A stretch of 64,000 bases of DNA from Antedon mediterranea. Lineage: Eukaryota; Animalia; Echinodermata. Under the pieces are notes generated by a model. The model was not told where the DNA came from. It worked only from the letters and a program-made list of their open reading frames with translations, and did no database searches. The DNA is taken from positions 26,833,175 through 26,897,174 of the forward strand of contig NC_092677.1 of assembly GCF_964355755.1 (NCBI RefSeq), given 5' to 3'. The number at the start of each line of letters is the position of its first letter. Position 1 is the stretch's first letter. This document shows, piece after piece, positions 22,354-35,790 of the stretch. The position numbers and the translations under genes are program-made.

Positions 22354-22488
22354 TAGTTCCAGCAATTGCTAGTTCACCAAATTTCCATTCATAAAGAACA
22401 TTAGCCTTGGAATTAACTTTACACAGTACCCTTGCATTTCTGTAGATCTCAAATGATTGTGGAGAATCAGCTTCTAACTCCAGTGGTG
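22354..22488 (-). CDS. NCAM: NCAM-like exon 4, Ig2 N-half (PPLELEADSPQSFEIYRNARVLCKVNSKANVLYEWKF..)
   Basis: taatag/gtaagt, 135 nt, phase 1-1. SPQSF..A.VLC pattern resembles NCAM Ig2. Confidence 0.9.
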
Positions 22489-22566
22489 CTATTAATTTTA
22501 GAAAATAAAATAATATTAAAATATTGTAAATCTTTGAAAAATGTTTTCATCTGGTCTTATATTTAA

Positions 22567-22761
22567 AGATGTATTGAATCTGTAAAAAAAAAAATTCTTA
22601 ACACAAATTTGTTGCTAGATATTTTAACGTTGCATAATAGTTATCTACTTTGACAAAAAATGTTATCGAAAAATAATGTGATTTTACTAAAACTACAAAA
22701 TAACCTATTCAAAAGTCTGATTTTTAATAAATCTTTCATGGTTTTAGGTGACAATACATCT
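22567..22761. mobile_element. Kolobok-like MITE (family K)
   Basis: TTAA|agatgtattg..caatacatct|TTAA. Confidence 0.7.
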
Positions 22762-22960
22762 TTAAATATCTGTATACAATTTTTTATATTAAACGGTGCT
22801 TTCTGCTCTACAACTAGAAAAGCTACAGTACTACTAGCAACCACTAACATCGATTCATCGCCATGGGAAGATTTGTTTTCAATCGTCGCACACGTATGTA
22901 TTGGACACTCCCTCTTTCCACCAAATTTCAAGGATTCAAGGGATGCACCCTCCCCCTTAA

Positions 22961-23465
22961 AGATGTATTGACCCCCTAAAAAATAATTTTTTTTTGTTGA
23001 ATATGCCATTTTAATGTCACATATTAGTTTCTTTCTGTCTTTCATTTATTTGGCATCTCAATATATAACATTAAAAATACATCAATAATATATATAATCA
23101 CCTTAAATATTAAAATACATCAAAAAAGCAAATAAAAATGGCAGGATTAATGAAGTCTGACAATGCACGGGAAAACACATAAAGTCGTTTAAAGTAAAAC
23201 AACTTAATTCCAATGTGGTCCCTAGTGATTGAATTCGACCAAAAATTGGATTTTAAAGCAAAACATTGTCAAATTGGATGCCAGCCAATGGATTTTTGGT
23301 TGAATTTAACCATTTATCATGTTATTTTATAAGTGAAAACATTATTTTTTTCCGTTTTTTTTTTTTTCTACGTAAGTGATTCACTTTATTAAACTACAAA
23401 ATAACCTATTCAAAGTCTGATTTAATTAATCTTAATTTTTCATGTTTTTGGGGGACAATACATCT
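22961..23465. mobile_element. Kolobok-like MITE (family K), longer copy
   Basis: TTAA|agatgtattgacccc..ggggacaatacatct|TTAA. Shares aaactacaaaataacctattcaaa with the 22567 copy. Confidence 0.72.
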
Positions 23466-23626
23466 TTAAATTTTGCAAATTGTACTTTTAAAAGATAGGA
23501 CATCAAATTAAGCTCGGCCCTTATTTCCTCATTTTTAGGCCCTGCACCCTTCCCAGTGGATCCGCCACTGATTCAAAACAGTGCAGCTTAATTGCAATAT
23601 TTGTAAACAAATGGGTGATGTCTTAC

Positions 23627-23770
23627 GGTATAAAACCAAGTTGATAGATTTCTGTTCTCCATCAGTTGTGAAACAAGTATACTGTCCTTCGTGGCTCTCC
23701 TGTGGGTTTGTAATTTCCAACTTTGTTATAGTTGTTGTGGGGTGTGTTACGGCGACACCACCAGATACTC
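23627..23770 (-). CDS. NCAM: NCAM-like exon 3, Ig1 C-half (..TKLEITNPQESHEGQYTC..LVLY)
   Basis: ttacag/gtaaga, 144 nt, contains the GxYTC Ig motif. Overlaps ORF 23535..23789. Confidence 0.92.
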
Positions 23771-23996
23771 CTGTAATAAATGTATTCACAATTGAATTTA
23801 GAATTATAAATGTTTTCCAACAACTTAAAATTGAGATGTAACGCTAAAATCAACTTTAATTACTAGATTATTACTACACATCTTTTGTGGGTTTCCTATT
23901 TCTAGTCTTCAAAATAAAAGAAAATTGTGGCTGTATACATTTAATTTGAGAAATATTGACGAACACTGTTCCAAGTGTCTTAGAGGGTTTAGAGAG

Positions 23997-24171
23997 AATT
24001 GTTCTAAACTATCAAACTAGTTTGACAAAAACAGTGTGATGTGCCCAAATAAGGCAGTAATAAGCTCAAATATGGTAGTGATAACTTACATGCCCAAATA
24101 TGGTAGTGTTATGTCATCATGTCCATGGACACATCACATTTTTTGTCAAATTTGACAGTGGAGACTGACCT
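23997..24171. mobile_element. Family A MITE (diverged)
   Basis: ctatcaaactagtttgacaaaa..gtgatgtgcccaaat..tttgacagtggagac. Confidence 0.7.
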
Positions 24172-24292
24172 TAAAACATTTTTTTTCAACTGTAGGCCTA
24201 TAGTACAGTATAGTACTACAAATGTGTCTATTTGGATCCTAAGGATTAGAGTGTAGTTATCAAGTTTAGTTTATGATGTCAATATGCTGTAC

Positions 24293-24436
24293 CTGTGCCA
24301 GCTAATGGAACCACGTTATTTTGTGGATCTCTCCATTGAGGCCGCAGGTCGTCACCTCCTGAGTAAGTACAAAGTATTACTATATCTTCAGTCATGCCTT
24401 TCTCAAGTGTTGGGCCTTGTGGTGCTAATGAAACAG
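24293..24436 (-). CDS. NCAM: NCAM-like exon 2, Ig1 N-half (AVSLAPQGPTLEKGMTEDIVILCTYSGGDDLRPQWRDPQNNVVPLAGT)
   Basis: tttgcag acceptor, gtacag donor, 144 nt, phase 1-1. Ig B-strand Cys and C-strand Trp present. Confidence 0.88.
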
Positions 24437-25499
24437 CTGCAAATAAAACAAATAATTACATTTAATAAACAGAATACTACCACATGAAATTTTGCAGGCT
24501 ATTAGCAGAGGCCTGCGAAAAACAACACATTCTTGTAGACAATACAATAGCGCTCCCATTTTTAATAAGAGTAAAGATAAGCACAGAGATCATGTACTGT
24601 AGCGGCTGTTCCAGAATATACAATACCAAGTATTGTAAAGTTTAAACACTAAATATTTAGGCGATCTTGTTAAAGGTCAAAAACCTTCACGTTTCGATAT
24701 TCAATATTGAACAAATTAGTAGCAATAATTTGCCTACACAACAAAAAATTGGAGGCCTGAACACTATTTGCAAGAAACAACAGATTCATTTACAGTTGAC
24801 AATACATCCCATCTAGTCTACTACTAAAAAAAATCTCTAAAAAATATGTTGATAGTCTAAAAATAAATCTTCAATAAATGTTCATACAAAATTATAATGC
24901 ATTATGTTTTTCCTCAATAATTTAATGGAAAAAAAAAACAAAAACAAAATGTAGCAAGTGCAATCACACGAGGACAGTGGAGCAAATCATTAATTCAAGC
25001 TAATACAGTAAGTATAGCTTGAAATATCACTTATTTTTGGAACATGATGAAATGATGTCATAATTATGGAACTTGATCATGCGAGTGCGAGTGCCGTACT
25101 AGACCAGAGAGAAACTGAAAAACTAACAAACATCTTGCAGTTTGATATGGATCAGGACAACGAGCTAGATAATGATATGTATAGGCTCTTTATTGATCTA
25201 CTAATAATTATATAGTAAGATGAGTTACTGTACAATACACACACACACACATGGTGGTGTTGTTATAAGCAGTCTCTATATTTCTCTAATCAGCCAAAGA
25301 TTCTTGAAATGTAATATTAAATGAGGTGTTCGTAACAAACTGTATTCAAATTTAGAAAATACAACAATCTTTATTACTAATGGTTTCACTGGTGGCTTTA
25401 GCTTAAGTGGCATTTTGTCCTATAGAGGCATCCTTCCATGTAATTTTTTTTTTTTACCATTATTTAATGAGGGTGAGCAATTGCTGACCGTTAGGGACC

Positions 25500-25682
25500 C
25501 TCAGAGAGAGGTGGTTCACAAGACAAACATATACACAAGATGCTCTACATAAACAAAGTCTTATTACAAGTCTTTGGGAGTGGAATTATAATTTTGTCCT
25601 TAGAAAAAATCCTGACATGTGACGGGACTTCAACCCAGGACCCTTGGAGTGGCAGCCAAGCATCATAACCACAACTCCACTT
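25500..25682 (-). mobile_element. Old tRNA-derived SINE fragment
   Basis: Reverse-strand tRNA-like head (gggacttcaacccaggaccctt..aaccac). Similar fragments at about 27470-27605 and 60720-60845. Confidence 0.5.
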
Positions 25683-26220
25683 CAGTATTAAACTATTTCA
25701 CGTTTTGATCAACTTGTTTTATTTTGTATAATTTTGAAAATAAATGATGAATGTTACATGAAATGAAAAACAACTGTTTTCTTTTAAAGAAAACAAATCT
25801 GCCTGGCTCTTTAAATGTGCCTGGAACTATTAATGAACAATGCAACACATTATGATAAAATTTTTTCCAAATAAGGAACTAACTTTCTTTGTTTCGACTG
25901 TTTGTTACCATTTCACAATAAGCTTCTTTATTGATTATCAGTGTTGAATTCAATGTGCTTGTTTTGACCAAAAAACCCAAAAACAATTCCCATAATATTC
26001 TATATCAGTGAAAGATTTTCAAAATAGAAATCAAATGCAAAATCTAAATGATTCAACTTGTATTTCTATTGTGTTTTTTGCTATTTTTAAATTTTATTAT
26101 AGATTTATTACTTAAATATACAATGCTTACGTAGTACAGTCAGAAAGTATGGGGTGTAATCATTTTAATTACAACAATCTTATTTTCATAAAAGTGGAAT
26201 TCTATGAACACATTAGCTTT

Positions 26221-26360
26221 AGCTTTTCCACACTATCATGTGACAAAAAAATGTGATGTGCCCATATATGGACATGATGTCATCACTACAATATTTGGGT
26301 ATATCACTACCATATTTGGGCACATAATTGTGACATAAAGTTTGATGTGTAGACAGAGCT
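26221..26360. mobile_element. Family A MITE
   Basis: agcttttccacactatca..tttgatgtgtagacagagct, with the core and 21-bp units. Confidence 0.8.
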
Positions 26361-27469
26361 TTAGTGTAGTGAGAATATCCCATCAGTTAGTACTCCTTCA
26401 GTTACTATTGATGATATTTGGTGTGATAAATCAACCACACACATGAAATGGTTACAGGTCTGCATTTATGGGGTCAAAATTCACCTTGGATCAGGTATAT
26501 ACCCAGCATATTAAAAACAACCATGTTATTCCTATCTTATTAGAGCAGTACAGTAATGACATGCAATGCATAGACAACATATAACAAAATCAGTGTTAAA
26601 AAAAACTCCATCAACATCTCATACTTCCGTCTCATGTGGAAAGGAATTGGACAGGATTAATAACAGGATCCACTAATAACCTTAATGTGGTTTCACATTA
26701 AACATCTCATCGAATCCACATACAGTAAAATTGATTTTGTATTATAGTTATACTGTATATTGTATAATACTTTTTATAGTACATCCCCAATTCCACAGCA
26801 ACAATAAGAATGCCTATGTTTCTCCATATTGATTTTCATAAATTACGACACACAGAAATTGGATCCAACATAGCTTAATTCAAATGTTTAATTTATTCAA
26901 GAAAGTATCATTTAGTACTATAATTAGTATTCATATAAAATATTATAATTGATTGATTGAATTGATTGAAATATATATATATATTCAACAAATTTTACTA
27001 ATAACAAAAAATTATCCTAAGCCTTTCTAATTAATTAATTAAACAGCTAAAAAAAAAATCAATATAATATAAATCTATTCAATTCAAGACTACAGGCATG
27101 GATCACCAATGGTGTATAACATACCACTTCCGAAAGACTTAAATAAAATACCTACTCTAGTCATGCATTATCAACTAGTATAAACAGATCTTATAATGAA
27201 CAAGACCGTTCATGTAAAATTAGCCACATTGTCCATGATGATACAAAAAGGTTACAAACAAACTTATCAATGTCTGTCTATCAACCAGGTGGGAAAAACC
27301 TGGGGAAAACCAAGGATGAATGCTACAGTAGTACAACGATGATACTATGGTGTTAGGGTTACTAAATATCACTTCTTATTCTTCTAATTCTTAAACTAGG
27401 TGTAGCATCCAACAGCGAGCAACTTGCCAATTACAGGGTGGATAAACTATTTTACAATTTATCATGCTT

Positions 27470-27605
27470 ATAAACTAAGTCTCATGTGAGGAGTGTGGAG
27501 TTGAAAGTTACAACCCTGGCACTACTGTTACTAGGTCAGGATTGAACCCTGGACCTTGGGATGGGATTGAAAGGCAAGCATGTTAACCACTAAGCTACAG
27601 CTCCA
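27470..27605 (-). mobile_element. Old tRNA-derived SINE fragment
   Basis: caggattgaaccctggacc..ttaaccactaagctac is the reverse complement of tRNA B-box and A-box. Confidence 0.55.
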
Positions 27606-28383
27606 CTGCTTGACCATGTAATATTGTAACACTCCGTCCAAGATTTACAAAAACAATACCGAGGCTATTTTGCATCATTATACTAGCAACAAGAGATTTG
27701 TCCCATAAATTGCACATTATGTAAATTATAATGAGGAAAGAAGCCATATGTATGCTCAGTCTTAACTAATTGGATAGAAAGGACTGAAATACCTAAACTT
27801 CCTTCTATTCTAAGCTAGGAATGTTATTACAATGCTATGCTCTTAAACTCTTTCTCTTGGTATGCCTAGAATATTTTAATTTACAAATCAAACATTCACA
27901 TTAAAATGTATGGTATTTCACAGAGAATAGAATTACTGAATCTATACATACAGTAGTATTAGGATTATTTACTACAGGGAATAGCTTGCCTAATATTTAT
28001 GAATTCAGCTGAAACTGTAAATGTAAACAGATGCTTCCCTTTTTATAGGATCTAATCACATATTATGCTGCTGCAAGAAATCGCAGAACTGAGTTGAACC
28101 ATTGTAATAATAGTCAGTTTCAAGTCTCATTCTCCATTATATTTTGGAGATACACACCATGTTTTTAATACTATTAAAAATTTTTATTTATTGATTGAAG
28201 TAAAAAATATTGCAAGAATCTTTTCCTGTTGTCAAATTGCATTGTCTCGATTGTAAAGCAAATGAGGTGTTTTAATGGCGATTGGATTATTCTTATGTTG
28301 GTACACACAATAACTAACATTGAACTTTGAAGCCCTTTAAAAAAACATTGTGGACTGTCCCAATTTATAGTGGGGGTGATCTA

Positions 28384-29813
28384 CAGTACAGAAAGAAAAT
28401 ACTGCAACTTTACCTACGAAGTAGCTTCGTAGATAGAACGTAGGCTACGTTGTTGGCTTCGTAGGTTCCATTGTTTGACTTCGTAACCTCAATAAACAAC
28501 TTTCAATGAGCTACGTTCTGAACTTCGTAGGGAGTTCGTAACCTAAATAAACAACCCTACGATGTTCTTAGTGAAGTAAGGTGTGAAATTAATGTGTTAA
28601 ATTTAATTGGCGGAGGACAAAGTTGTAAATTAATAAAAAATAAATAATATTTTTAAATCGTAATATTTTCCTTCGTGCGTGTTTACCTACTCAACGGCGA
28701 ATATAAATATAAATTTCCCACGATGTATAACGTAGAGAGAGACACGATCCAACACAGGTGAACCGCAACGAACAGGCCAACTAATATAATAAACATAATA
28801 TAGCGAACGTCCCATCCAGAAACGATGCCGAGAAAAAAAGATCGTAAACAATTCATTCTAAATATAGCATCAGGACGTTCAATCGGTCGCTCAAAAAGAC
28901 TGCCGACAGAAGACCGTAATTAATACAGACCTAGGTTTTTTTTGGTCACATGGCATGAAACGCGATACTCTCTGCTTACCGCAATCTCTCACATGTTTTT
29001 TTTACTCAGTACGAGCTCGACGAGAGGGTGGCTACCGTCTGACGACGATAAAACAGTAATTAAGATCGTGTACCTGGATTTTGTGTCACATGACATGAAA
29101 CATAATACTCTCTCTACTGTGCTCAGCTCACATGTTTTTTCCCCTCCAAATTCTGGTCGGCCTTTTTCTTTATACATGTCGTAATCATTTTAAAAAAGGC
29201 CTAGGCCTATTTATGTATGTTAAATCTTAATATGGAATATATATTTATTTTGCATATATTTTGTTGGTGTCCTAGCGTAGGTGTCGTTTTTATAATTCGC
29301 TAACCCAACAAGGTAGGATTCTAGGAATAAATAATTTATAGTGTAGGCCGCCGAAACAGGCTAGGCCTAGCCTCGACTCTCTCTACGTGAGCTGAGGTCC
29401 ACCGGCCCGATGTCGTTTCGTCGGCGGATTTCCGTCCAAATTAGGATAACCGATGCGTAGGGCGGCTACAAAAATTGACCTACTATCTTTAGGTAGGATT
29501 TTAATTAGCAAACAATACATTGTTTGTTTGCATTGTCCATGCTTCTACGAACCACCCTACGATCGAGGCGTAGCCTAGATTTCATAACAATACATCGTAG
29601 GCTACGAACAATACATCGTAGGTAGGAGAGAACAATACATCGTAGGCTACGAACAATACATCGTAGGAGAGAACAATACATCGTAGGCTACAAACAATAC
29701 ATCGTAGGCTACAAACAATACATCGTAGGAGAGAACAATGACCTACGTTCTACCTACGATCTACCTACGAAAGCCTACGCGTAGATACGAAGCAGTAATT
29801 TCTTTCTGTACTG
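28384..29813. mobile_element. 1.43-kb non-autonomous TA-TSD DNA transposon (family B, copy 2)
   Basis: Same TIRs and TA TSD as 14770-16187; differs by only a few substitutions and small indels. Confidence 0.9.
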
Positions 29814-30294
29814 TACTACAAAATTCTTCTTTTCCTAATTGTCTTCCACTTCCTGAGGAAAGGGCTAATGTCTGTTTATCCAGGTAAGCAGGCACGAAAT
29901 AATTTCATACAAACATATTATCTTTTCTCTAAAAGCATTGGATACAAATGCTATAGTGAGTGATACTACAGAATATTTAAAATAAAGCTTTTTATTTAGT
30001 TGTTAATGTTAATATGTAATTGCTGAATGGGATTTGCAGATGTTTGTAGTAAATGGTCTAAAACAAAGGATTACTTTGTAACAAATAAAACCAATTTATT
30101 TTAAGATTATTCCACAACCCATTTGTAATTAAGCTTTTAAGATTAAGGTCAGTTTGTAAAAAAACAACTCCTCGTCATTTGCAGAATTTTTAACTTACAT
30201 AGACAATTCTCAGCTAGAAATTATTTAAGTAGCATAAAAATTGTGCAAATACAAAGTGGTAATCATTTACTTGAAACAATAAAACATATCTTAA

Positions 30295-30386
30295 AGCTCT
30301 GTTTACACTATCAAACTAGTCATGTCCATATATTGGCAAATAACATTTTTTTGTCACATAAAGTTTGATCTAGTGTAGACAAAGCT
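30295..30386. mobile_element. Family A MITE (internally deleted); another partial copy at about 30645-30705
   Basis: agctctgtttacactatcaaac..gtgtagacaaagct. Confidence 0.75.
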
Positions 30387-31337
30387 TTAGGCTAGTTTCT
30401 CCGCAAACAATCCTAATTGAAACTAACTGTTTATACCAATATGATTATTTATGATTGCAACATATAAAATGGATTGCGAAATATGTATGGCTTATCTCGT
30501 TATCTTTATTCAAGTACCGTATGCATTTAGGTTAGGATGGTTTCCTTCGTCTATTTCTCAAAAGTCAATTACATCCAGCCTTCATTAGTCTTATCTATTC
30601 TTCAAAATGATGAAAGCTTATACTCGAGAATGTTGTTACCATTAAGCACTGTCTACACTATGTGCGAAAACATGGTGGTGATATGACATCATCATGTCCA
30701 TATAGAAAAGTCACCATGAATGATGTGAGGTAACAAAGTAATTTTTTGTAGCCAATACTTAGTACTACTATATACAGTACTGTAGGTTAGGTAGTCAGTA
30801 TCAAGGCAAATTCTGTAAAACAATGTCACATATGACACCTGTATCATCATAAACCTAACTTTACCTTGCATAAATTCAAGCACCACATGTGATACATTGT
30901 GACGCTGTTTTCAGGAATTCGCCTATGATATTGATATGATACTGGACAAACAGTAATGTCAATTATGTAGAGATACAGTACAGAAGAAGATTCGGTTGTA
31001 CAGTATTAGGAGGCAAGATTTTCATTTATAAATATCAAATTAACAAAATTGTTTCAGTGCAATAAAAACAGTTTTAGCAATAAACTATAGAACTACCTTA
31101 TATATTATTCAGTATGTTTACTGACTAGGTCTACTTTTTACAGAAGAGTAAACATTGACTTGTTGATATCAGTATGAGAGACAGGTGCTGAGGTCAGGTC
31201 ATTTGTGTTGAAATTCAATTTGGAAGCATTGCATACAGTACTGAGAAGTGTTTTTGTGAATTTACTCAAGGGCTGTGAACAGCAAGATAAATATACCTTA
31301 GGTCATAGGTCATTTTACTGTACTGTATGTAGATAAA

Positions 31338-31354
31338 AGCGCCATCTAGTCCGC
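31338..31354 (-). promoter_or_regulatory. Candidate CTCF site in intron 1
   Basis: Minus strand gcggACTAGATGGCGCT versus consensus CCACYAGRKGGCRC (core matches, 5' CC mismatched). Confidence 0.35.
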
Positions 31355-34300
31355 ATTGTGAAGAGGGCCCCTGAATATCAGTTAACCCTCTAGATAGTTG
31401 ACATTTTAAAAAATAAATAAAAATGCAGTATACAGAATGTACTAATGAATTTATGAATTTGTAGACTAAAAAATGTTGTTTATTTAAACTTAGTTTTCAA
31501 TCCAAATTATAGAAAATAAATTTAATTTAAATATAATTTACTACACTGTATTTTCTGATAAATAATAAATAACAATATTTAATTTTAAAATATAATACGG
31601 TACTGTAAATTTTACATTACATGTATTTCTAACTATTTATATATTTCATTTTATTTCAGCCTTATTGCACTTTTTCTCATTTCGTAAGGATTTTAATCAA
31701 AATTGTATTGATATTTATAACGATTTCAGCATGATGCTTTGAGAACACAACGAACGTCAAAGTATGCGATGGCATAGGAAATACATTACATATGAAATGA
31801 GCTTGGCATACAGCCAAAGATGTTCTTTGTATTTCAGTATTTTTCATCAATATGAAACTACAGCGCAGTACTACTGTGTGCTTTGCATTTAAAGAAACTA
31901 AACCGCATAGTAAACTATAAAATCGGAAATGCTCATAAACGCAGAGAATGTTACGGTGTGTGGAATTCTTTTGGGTACTGTAGTCCTTGTTAGTTTTAAT
32001 ACTATTAGCAGATCTGTACAAATGTCTCTCTGCCAGAAGATGTTATCTCATGTAAATAAGGTATTAACATAATCTAATTTAAAGTTACCTACTGTAAAAA
32101 CGGTGTCAAATACCCATTACAAAATGTTGTCTAAACCCCACTAAGAATGCCTAATGTGGAGAGTATTCAGAACACATTTTCATATAAAAATTATTAAAGT
32201 ACATTGTTTTTTTTATTTTTTTTATTTAACCTTATTTATAGAGGGTGACCCTAAACAGCACATGCTGACCATCAAGGGGTGTGTTTCTATATAAATGTAC
32301 CCAGCTTTAAGGTGATTTTGGATAATTTCTCTGTATTTTCTAGATATAGACACAATAGAATTTTTATTGTAGTTAATCAGAATATATAACACAATTTAAA
32401 GAGTTGGTTCCTTAATATTTACTATACACACGCAGCATTAAATCCCAAATATCTCTGTTACATATTATTACACTACTATTGAAAGATAAAATGTTTATAA
32501 TATAACACACAACAGGGCGTCAGCATTTTGTTTGGTGTGTCCTGGTTGTGTAAATGGACCAAAACATACATAACAAAATTGTGTACCGTTGGATGGTACT
32601 TTTTCCTACTGTACAATCAAATTTTAGACCCTCTTAAAGTATTGTTTTGAATTGCTAATGCTATAATGCTAGCTATAGTGTCAGTATTTAGTACCAGCAA
32701 AATAAAGAATGCTATCACATATTTTGACCATCAATAGTGAACAGTGTATAAAATATTTATAATATTATTGTACCAAATACAGTTACTAGTGTAAAGACAA
32801 TGGTAATCCCAAACACATAGGTCAATTAAATGCTCTATATCCTTTATTTGTGTTAAAAATATTGCTAGAAATGTGTTCTGCCAAAAACAGCATCTGTTAT
32901 ATACTTGAATGTATACCAAAATTAACAATACAAGTACTTAGGATGTTAGATTTAATTGTGGAAATCCCTCTCTGGTACGGGCCCTGTGGTACTATGTAGA
33001 GCAAATCATGATATGAATTTAACTTTTTCCCTGTTCAATTCAATTCAACTTTATTCAACTACAGAGGCCCAGATCAACACATGGTTGTTCTTACCCCTGG
33101 AGCCGTGCACTAACAAACAATACCAATACAATAGGGTGCAAGTAAATGAGATATTAATTTATTGTTAGCTTCCCCAGTTAGCTTTAAAAAGTTTTCAATG
33201 TGCTAAATAAGGTAGTAATTGAATGGTATAATAGTAAAATTAGAGGTCAAATGGGTCATCTATTATTGTGACACCAATACTAAGTACTTTGGACTCTACC
33301 ACCTCTTAAATAACAATACTTTGTACTAGATTGGTCACATGTACTCAAAGAAAACCATTATTTTAACAAACTTATTTAAATATCAACAGGAAGTGAAATC
33401 ACACAGGTAAAACAATAAGTACAGAGGGTAAAATAATGCTTACCACAGCAATTGTACAATTTATTGTGGTTAAATACCACAACAATATGAAACAAAAGTT
33501 CAATTCTATTTTCATAGTGATTTGGACTGTACAGAGATATTAAACTCAACACAGTGGAAAGAAAATAAATAACAATATTCTTAACAATGGTTAACCTCAT
33601 ATAGAACAAGGACAAATAAAGAAATCCTAACCCTGCTACAGTAGTTTGCTATCAAATGGTTTAGTTTTGTTTAATAAAAAAATCCTCATAGAGGAAATTT
33701 GGACTAGGGTCCTCTACAGACACACGGCAGCAACAGTGCAGCATTTACCATGAAAGACAGGGGCTGAGAATGAGATGGACCAGTATGGGGGTAACTCCCT
33801 ACTCAGTTGAAAGATTCACTGGGTTCACAATATGTATTGTCCTTATCCAAGAAGTTCATACTATATAAAGCTTTGATTTGTTAAAATTAGAATGGGTATC
33901 TTTAAGACCAAGTCCAGTAACATGGGTTACATTGGGAGTTCAATGGAAGACGAGGTTGTATGGGAGGTTAAAATTTAGTTAAAATTATAGAGTATTTGGA
34001 AAACAAAGCTAAACACAACAATAGCGAGAAATCATAAAACTTTTATCAGACAAATCTTTAAGACATGTGTTCAAATAAAGCATAATAAAATGTAAATAAA
34101 AACAACCCATAGACGGTTTTCCAATTGTAAAAATTCTTTATAAAGAACAAACAATGAGTTCAATAACCAAAGAAAATCAAACAGTAAATTTACAATAATG
34201 CGTAGTAGTAGAACAGGCTGCTGTATGGTAAATAACCCCTGGGAAGGGAGCATGGGGTCATATCTGACTCACTGTACAAATAATAGATTGATGACTTGGT

Positions 34301-35790
34301 TGTTGAACCGAGAAGACCAGTCTAATATTACTATTTGCTGTATTCATTTTCTGTAGGTAGGATATGTAATGACCCTTCCCTTCCTGAACTAAAAACAACT
34401 TGAACAAAATAACAAAATCTTTACGATATATTTTTATTGTATATTTGTAGCTTCTACCAGGCATTTACTAGTAATCATGACTCTCTTGTCTCGAATTTAC
34501 ATTTTTGGGGGAATATAATTTTAACCTTAATATAACATAGTAGTTTCAAATGGGATTGATGTATGTTTCAATGAATCTTTTTTATAAATTTTAATTTTAT
34601 CTAATGTATTATGTAATTGTGAATGGTTGTTAGAGTTACCACATTTCTGTCAAGGAAAATAATTTTTCCATGTACACCTTATATATGGAACAAATAAAGA
34701 TTTGATTTTGAACACCTAATAAGTTCCACATCATGTCAACTTACAAGACTATTTACAGGGAAATGAACTTACTAAACTTTCACATTTATGTCATTATAAT
34801 TTCCAAGCCTTATTATTATTTTCTGATGTGGAATTAAGACAATAGCGTGAAGCAAGCACGAAAGTGAAAGTGGTTTCCTAAAAACATTAAAGTAAACAAG
34901 AAACGAAATTAAAGTTTATAAAATAAACAATACATAAGTAAATAAAGTTCAAATGTGCACGACATTCAACGTTTAATAATGATCCAACATTTAAATTATG
35001 CATTTACACTCAGGATAGATACATTTGTATCATTCTGTAAAACAAACAAAAGCATGCTACAGTAATATTATAAAAACAAAGCCCAACGTATTAGTAAAGC
35101 TATGGTTTGTTAACATTATTCATTGTTAAATGATGTGAATATGACACAAATATACTCATCATTAATTTATTGGTCATCTAAAAAATGTAATCAGATTTCT
35201 TTTGCAAACGTCTAAGAAGCTTATTATTAAAGATTGCAGAAACTATCATGCAAATTTAAATGGAAGATGGATTAAAAATATGCCCATATGGTTAAAAGAC
35301 CAAATTAATAATTCTTATAAATAACGTATTTGTAACAGCTCTAGGAAAATTCAATTAATATTAAAACAATTTGAGTAATAAACTGAAGCTTATTACTGTG
35401 CATTTTGACAATTAATACAGGATTCAAACAATGCTAATTCAATCAGATAGAACAAAGTACAGTATTTAATAATTGAAACTAAGGTTTCCACAAAACATTC
35501 CATCTATATTTTTTGGATAAACATGGATATCCTTGCCATCAATTCTAAATGAAACCAAAACACCTTTATGACTTACAATCACCGGACAATTTCACAATTA
35601 TCAAAGTCATGATCATGAAAATCTTGCCATTATATCATTCCCCCTAACCACAGTAAATGTGTTGTATTTTTTTCAGGAATTTGAAAATATTTCAAATCAA
35701 GGATTTTCAAAGATAAACCAATTTTTTGTGTAAAACCTTTTAGCATTTAACAATTTTTTTGCTGTTTTAATGCACTCGTTCGTATAAGTA

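Noticed and set aside
22641-23045. 134-aa minus-strand ORF within the gene
   Set aside because: Spans two Kolobok-like MITEs, has no Ig features and is not needed for the in-frame exon chain.
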